DNA of 64,000 nucleotides. Origin: Chiloscyllium plagiosum (taxonomy: Eukaryota). The notes below the pieces were generated by a model that had not been told where the DNA came from, ran no database searches, and worked only from the letters and a program-made list of their open reading frames with translations. The stretch is taken from positions 91,934,372 to 91,998,371 of the forward strand of contig NC_057719.1 of assembly GCF_004010195.1 (NCBI RefSeq), given 5' to 3'. Below, piece after piece: positions 59,561-64,000 of this stretch (position 1 is its first letter; each line of letters opens with the position of its first letter). A program made the translations under genes and the position numbers.

Positions 59561-59679
59561 ACGCAACGTCACTGGGTGCTTTACAGATGATATGTAAATG
59601 TCAGGATTAACGAACAGCAATGTGGTAATGAGCACTTAATCTGATATTGATTGAAGGATAAATATTTAATTTGGATAAA

Positions 59680-60490
59680 TGCATTTCGGTAAAACGAACA
59701 AGGGTAGGTCTTGTACAAGTAAGGCCTTAGGTAATGTAATGGAACCGAAACTGAGGGTTCAGGTACCAAATTCTTTGAAGTTTGTATCACATGCAGACAG
59801 CAAGATTAAGAAGGCACCTTCATTGCTCAGACCTTTTGAACATAGGAGTTGGACTGTCATGTTGAGGTTGCACAGGATGTTGGTGAGGCCTGCTCTGGAG
59901 TACTGTGTCCAGTTCTGGTTGTCCTGCACTCGGACGGATATTATTAAGCTGGGTTCATAGACGTCTCCAGTGTGGAAATTGGCCCTTCAGCCCAACTTGC
60001 CCATGCCGTCCAGTTTTCACAATTATACTAGACCCATTTGCCCGCATTTGGTCCATATTCCTCCATATCAAGTTCAGAAAAGATTTACCAAGATGTTGCT
60101 GGGGAGAGGTTGGACAGACTGAGACTTTTTTTCACTGGAGGGTAGGAAGTTGAGCAATGACCTCCATAAAGATTTATAAAATTATGAGGGGTATAGATCA
60201 TGTGAATGGCAGGTGTTTTTTCACTACGGTGGGGGAATTTCAAGATTAGAGGGCATATTTTAAGTTGAGAGGAGAAAGATTTTAAAAAGACATGAGCAGC
60301 AATTTTTTTAATACAGTGATTCATGTTTGAAAAGAACTTCTAGAGGTGGTTGCGGATTAAGGGTACAGTTACAACATTTAAAAGACCTTTAGGTCAGTAC
60401 ATAATTCAGAAACGATTGGAGGGATATGGGCCAAGCGCAGGCAGGTGGGACGAGTTTAGTTTGGGACTGTGGTTGGTTGGACCAAAGTGT
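59680..60490 (+). mobile_element. CR1 LINE 3' fragment downstream of the gene
   Basis: [13 protein letters not shown] and LEGYGPSAGRWD. Confidence 0.78.
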
Positions 60491-61214
60491 CGAGTAACGT
60501 GGGTCACACAAAAGGCAATGACCATCTCCCAACATGACATAATCAAACAGTCTGACTTTAACATTCAATTGTACTATCATCATTGAATTCCTCACTTTCA
60601 GCATCCTAAGGATTTCCCTTGAACTGAACCTGAAACTGGACTCTCCATATAAATACTGTGTCAAAATAGGAGGTCAGAAGCTAGGAGTCCTGCAGCAAGT
60701 AACTCCTAGAATCATATAGATGTACAGCATGGAAACACACCCGTTCATCTTGTGACTCCCCAAAGTCTGTCCACCATCAACAGTGTGATGGGATATTCCT
60801 CACTTGTCTGGGTGAGGGCAACTCCAACAACACTCAAGAAGCTTGACACTATCCAAGCCAAAGCAGTCTGCTTAATTGTCACTAAATGCCCAACCTTCAA
60901 GATTCTCTCAGTAGCAGCAGCATATAACATCTCCAAAATGCAACAGGACCTTTCAAACCCCCACAATCACTGCTATCTGGAAGGACCAAGGGCAGTGGGT
61001 ATACAGGAACACCGCTAACCACAATTCCCCTTCCAGCCACTCACCGTCCTGACTTGAAAATATATTGCCGTCCCTTCAGTGTCGCTAGGTCAAACTCCTG
61101 ATACTCCCTTCCTAATGCCATTGTAGGTGTCACTACACCCCATGGTCTGCAGCAATTCCAAAAATCAGCTCACTGTCACATCAGGGGCATTTAGGGCCGG
61201 ATAATAAACACAGT

Positions 61215-61585
61215 CCCCCGGGTCTCTCTGGAGAAGGAGCACACGGTCTCCACCGACACCCTGGAGTTGTTCAGGGAGAGGTGGGCGCTGCAGGGAGTGG
61301 AGTGCATTATTTCCCCCTCCGACTCTATTTTGATTTGATCCCTACCCTCCCCTTCACTGTTTGGTCACGCAGCATTGCCCTTTGATGTGAAGGGCACTGC
61401 TTGTCATTGGCCACTCGGGTGTTTCCTTTCTTCCTGGTGGTGGAAACTGAATAAAGATTTGTACACCTTGTGTCCTTCACTGTGTCTCACACCTGCACTC
61501 ACACACAACATGGGTGCTGGGGATAATATAAGCACTACCGCGGTTAGGCAGTAGTGTGGGGGGGGGGTTAAAATAAAGAAAAGAA
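61215..61585 (+). mobile_element. Probable L1/Tx1-type LINE 3' end
   Basis: ORF end LEKEHTVSTDTLELFRERWALQGVECII*, followed by AATAAA (61450) and an A-rich tail. Family assignment from recall only. Confidence 0.45.
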
Positions 61586-61744
61586 TAGTCCCAGCCAGCA
61601 ACATCATGAAGAAACACAAACCAGTGAGGATTATGACAGACTTCTGACAGGCAGTCTGATGCGAGAGAAATAGATATAAACACGGCAGAAGAAATTTAAT
61701 GCAGAGAAATGGAAAAAAGATAAGAGACAATATAACAAAAAAAG

Positions 61745-61915
61745 TTTAGGGTGTAGGTTTGCTCACTGAGCTCCAGGAGACAACAGCTTTGCTTCACTTG
61801 GAAGTCGCCACTGATAATGTTACCTAGCCAGGTAACAAAATGTCTGGATATCAAACCTACAGCTCAGCAAATAAACCTACATCCTAAATCTCAACCTGAG
61901 CTACAAACCTTGCAA
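61745..61915 (+). mobile_element. Family-B Penelope terminus with short inverted 5' copy; decayed hammerhead (61808-61847)
   Basis: tttagggtgtaggtttgctcactgagct (61745-61772) is inverted relative to agctcagcaaataaacctacatcctaaa (61861-61888); the core is mutated to CUGAUAA/AAAAU. Confidence 0.65.
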
Positions 61916-64000
61916 AAGAAAAACAAAAAAGGTGCAATTTTAAAGGGATTTCATGAACAAAAAGCTGTTGAAAGATGTTGAATCTTTTATATGATTCTGA
62001 ATGCCACACTTTGGAAAAACGTCAGGGCCTCGGAGAAGCTGCAGAGGAGACTAGAATCTCAATAAGGACGAGGGCTGCAGTTACATGGAGAGATCAGAGG
62101 AACTGGGCCGAAAGCAAAGTATTGCAGATTCTGGAGATCTTTTGAGTTCTGCAGAGTCACATTGGACTTGAATTGTTAATTCTGTTCTCTGCACAGATGT
62201 TACCAGGCCTGCTGAGTTTCTCCAGCCCTCACTGTTTTTAAGACTGGATAAGCTGAGGTAAGAATGTAAAATATGGGGCAGCACGATGGCTCAGCAGTTA
62301 GCACTGCTGCCTCACATCACCAGGGTCCCAGGTTCAATTCCAACCTCAAGTGACTGTGTGGAGTTTGCACATTCTCCCCATGTCTGCATGGGTTTCGTCC
62401 AGGTGCTCTGGTTTCCTCCCACAGTCTGAAGATGTGCAGGTCAGGGTGATTTGGCCATGCTAAATTGCCCATAGTGTCAGGTGCATTAGTCAGAGGGAAA
62501 TGGGTCTGAGTGGGTTACTCTTCAGAGGGTTGGTGTGGACTTGTTGGGCTGAAGGGCCTATTTCCACACTGTTGAGAATCTGATCTAATCTCATAAATCA
62601 CAACTAGACCATTCAGTAATAATGCTGATTTTCTGTTTTTTTGCCAATATCCTTGATTCCCTGACTGATTAAACTTTACATTTATGCACAGCTCTGATCT
62701 CACGCATCAAACTAAACTAGCCGATCAACACAGATTGCACCGTGGAGATTGCACCATTTGTGCTGAGGTTACTGATTTGCTCGTCAGATTACATGCAAAG
62801 TCTCAGCACAGAAATACCCAAAGTGAGACAGCATCTAGCCTACTGTGCAATGAGGTTTCCTTGTGTTACATCTGCCTGGAATAGTGGAACTCAAATGTTG
62901 AAAATGGCCAAAGGAACAAATCTCATCAAAACAGTGTAGACTCGGCTGTCGGTGAAATTTGCGTGCTGCCTATCTCTGGTACATGACTTTTTCATAAACA
63001 TCACTAATAAATTAAGCTGCATGTCACTTCTGAAGGAATTACTTTTGAATGTGTAATTCATTTGAATAACTATCATTTATTTTAGAAATATAACATTTAT
63101 ATATTCATTGAGCAAGCCTCACTATTTTCCACTTAAGGTTTCTTTTTCATTTTTCTTTTGAAGGTGATTGAGTTCATTCTCCACTGAAAGGAAGCCTCCA
63201 AATTTTCTGCCAGTGACCTGTGGGGGGTGTTTCTTTCTCAGATACATATCCATATGGGTACAAACTCAACTTTGACCTAATGCCATCCTTTCCACCAAAT
63301 AGTCTGTCCAATGGCAAAACTTGAATCTACCTAGGCTTAACTGGAGACCACATCCTGGAGCAATGTGCTATATCATCAACACACTGAGGACAGTTGTCTT
63401 TAGATTAGATTACTTTACTTTACTTTACAGTGTGGAAACAGGCCCTTCAGCCCAACAAGTCCACACCGACCCACCGAAGCGCAACCCACCCATACCCCTA
63501 CATTTACCCCTTGCCTACCACTACGGACAATTCACCTGACCTGCACATCTTTGGACAGTGGGAGGAAACCCACGCAGACACGGGGAGAATGTGCAAATTC
63601 CACACAGAGAGTCACCAGAGGTGGGAATTGAACCCAGGTCTCTGGCGCTGTGAGGCAGCAGTGCTAACCACTGTGCCACCGTGCCGTCCACAAATACTCT
63701 GTAGCTCTCTTTAGTCCAGTTATTTGCTGTAGTTGTTTTAAAGCAATAACAAAATAACTAATTGCACTTTAAAAAGTAAATCTAGATCTGCCGGGATTTG
63801 ATGAACAGGTAATAGACAGATGTAAAACATCTACCAAACAGAATGGAGGTTTGTATCAGGAGTCTCTAAATTTTGATCTTATGTGTAGGAAAAATCAAGA
63901 CATGTGATGACAACCAGTGAAATACAAAATCAGATTCAACGTTCTCGGGCAAGTGAACTTGATTTAAGTCAGTGAAGGAGACTGGTGTTAGGGCTATACA

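Larger units (their letters stand above)
199..63687. mobile_element. Dispersed HE1-like V-SINE copies: (-)199-430, (-)2004-2290, (+)7862-8150, (+)13735-14008, (-)23171-23460, (-)26162-26430, (-)36425-36748, (+)42710-43005, (+)44535-44845, (+)45901-46436 with nested (-)46098-46321, (+)50467-51143, (+)51490-51695, (-)53880-54205, (+)56803-57117, (+)62276-62590, (-)63401-63687
   Basis: Copies share the tRNA-like head and/or V-core, and most end in a (TCTAA)n-type tail; several are truncated. Coordinates approximate. Confidence 0.85.

Overview
Vertebrate genomic DNA. The repeat content (V-SINE/HE1-type SINEs, Deu-domain SINEs, CR1 LINEs, Penelope-like elements) points to a shark, which is an inference from repeat families. 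The window holds one complete protein-coding gene on the + strand: MIDEAS/ELMSAN1, the ELM2-SANT scaffold of the MiDAC HDAC1/2 complex. I reconstructed 12 coding exons with GT-AG boundaries and consistent phases (ATG 11048 to TAA 57427; 3954 nt, about 1317 aa) and a roughly 2.1-kb repeat-free 3'UTR. The first coding exon carries a 720-bp, 13-unit Gln/His-rich tandem repeat. The introns are packed with nested retroelements. The most notable signal is a set of minimal type-I hammerhead-ribozyme motifs (CUGANGA-stem II-GAAAC-GUH) carried by Penelope-like element termini. They fall into two sequence families, one with a covarying stem I. They include a 134-bp ribozyme-bearing insertion with a 13-bp target-site duplication whose empty site sits in an adjacent tandem duplicate, and several back-to-back inverted copies. 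Repeat boundaries are approximate, and homology calls rest on recalled sequences because no searches could be run.
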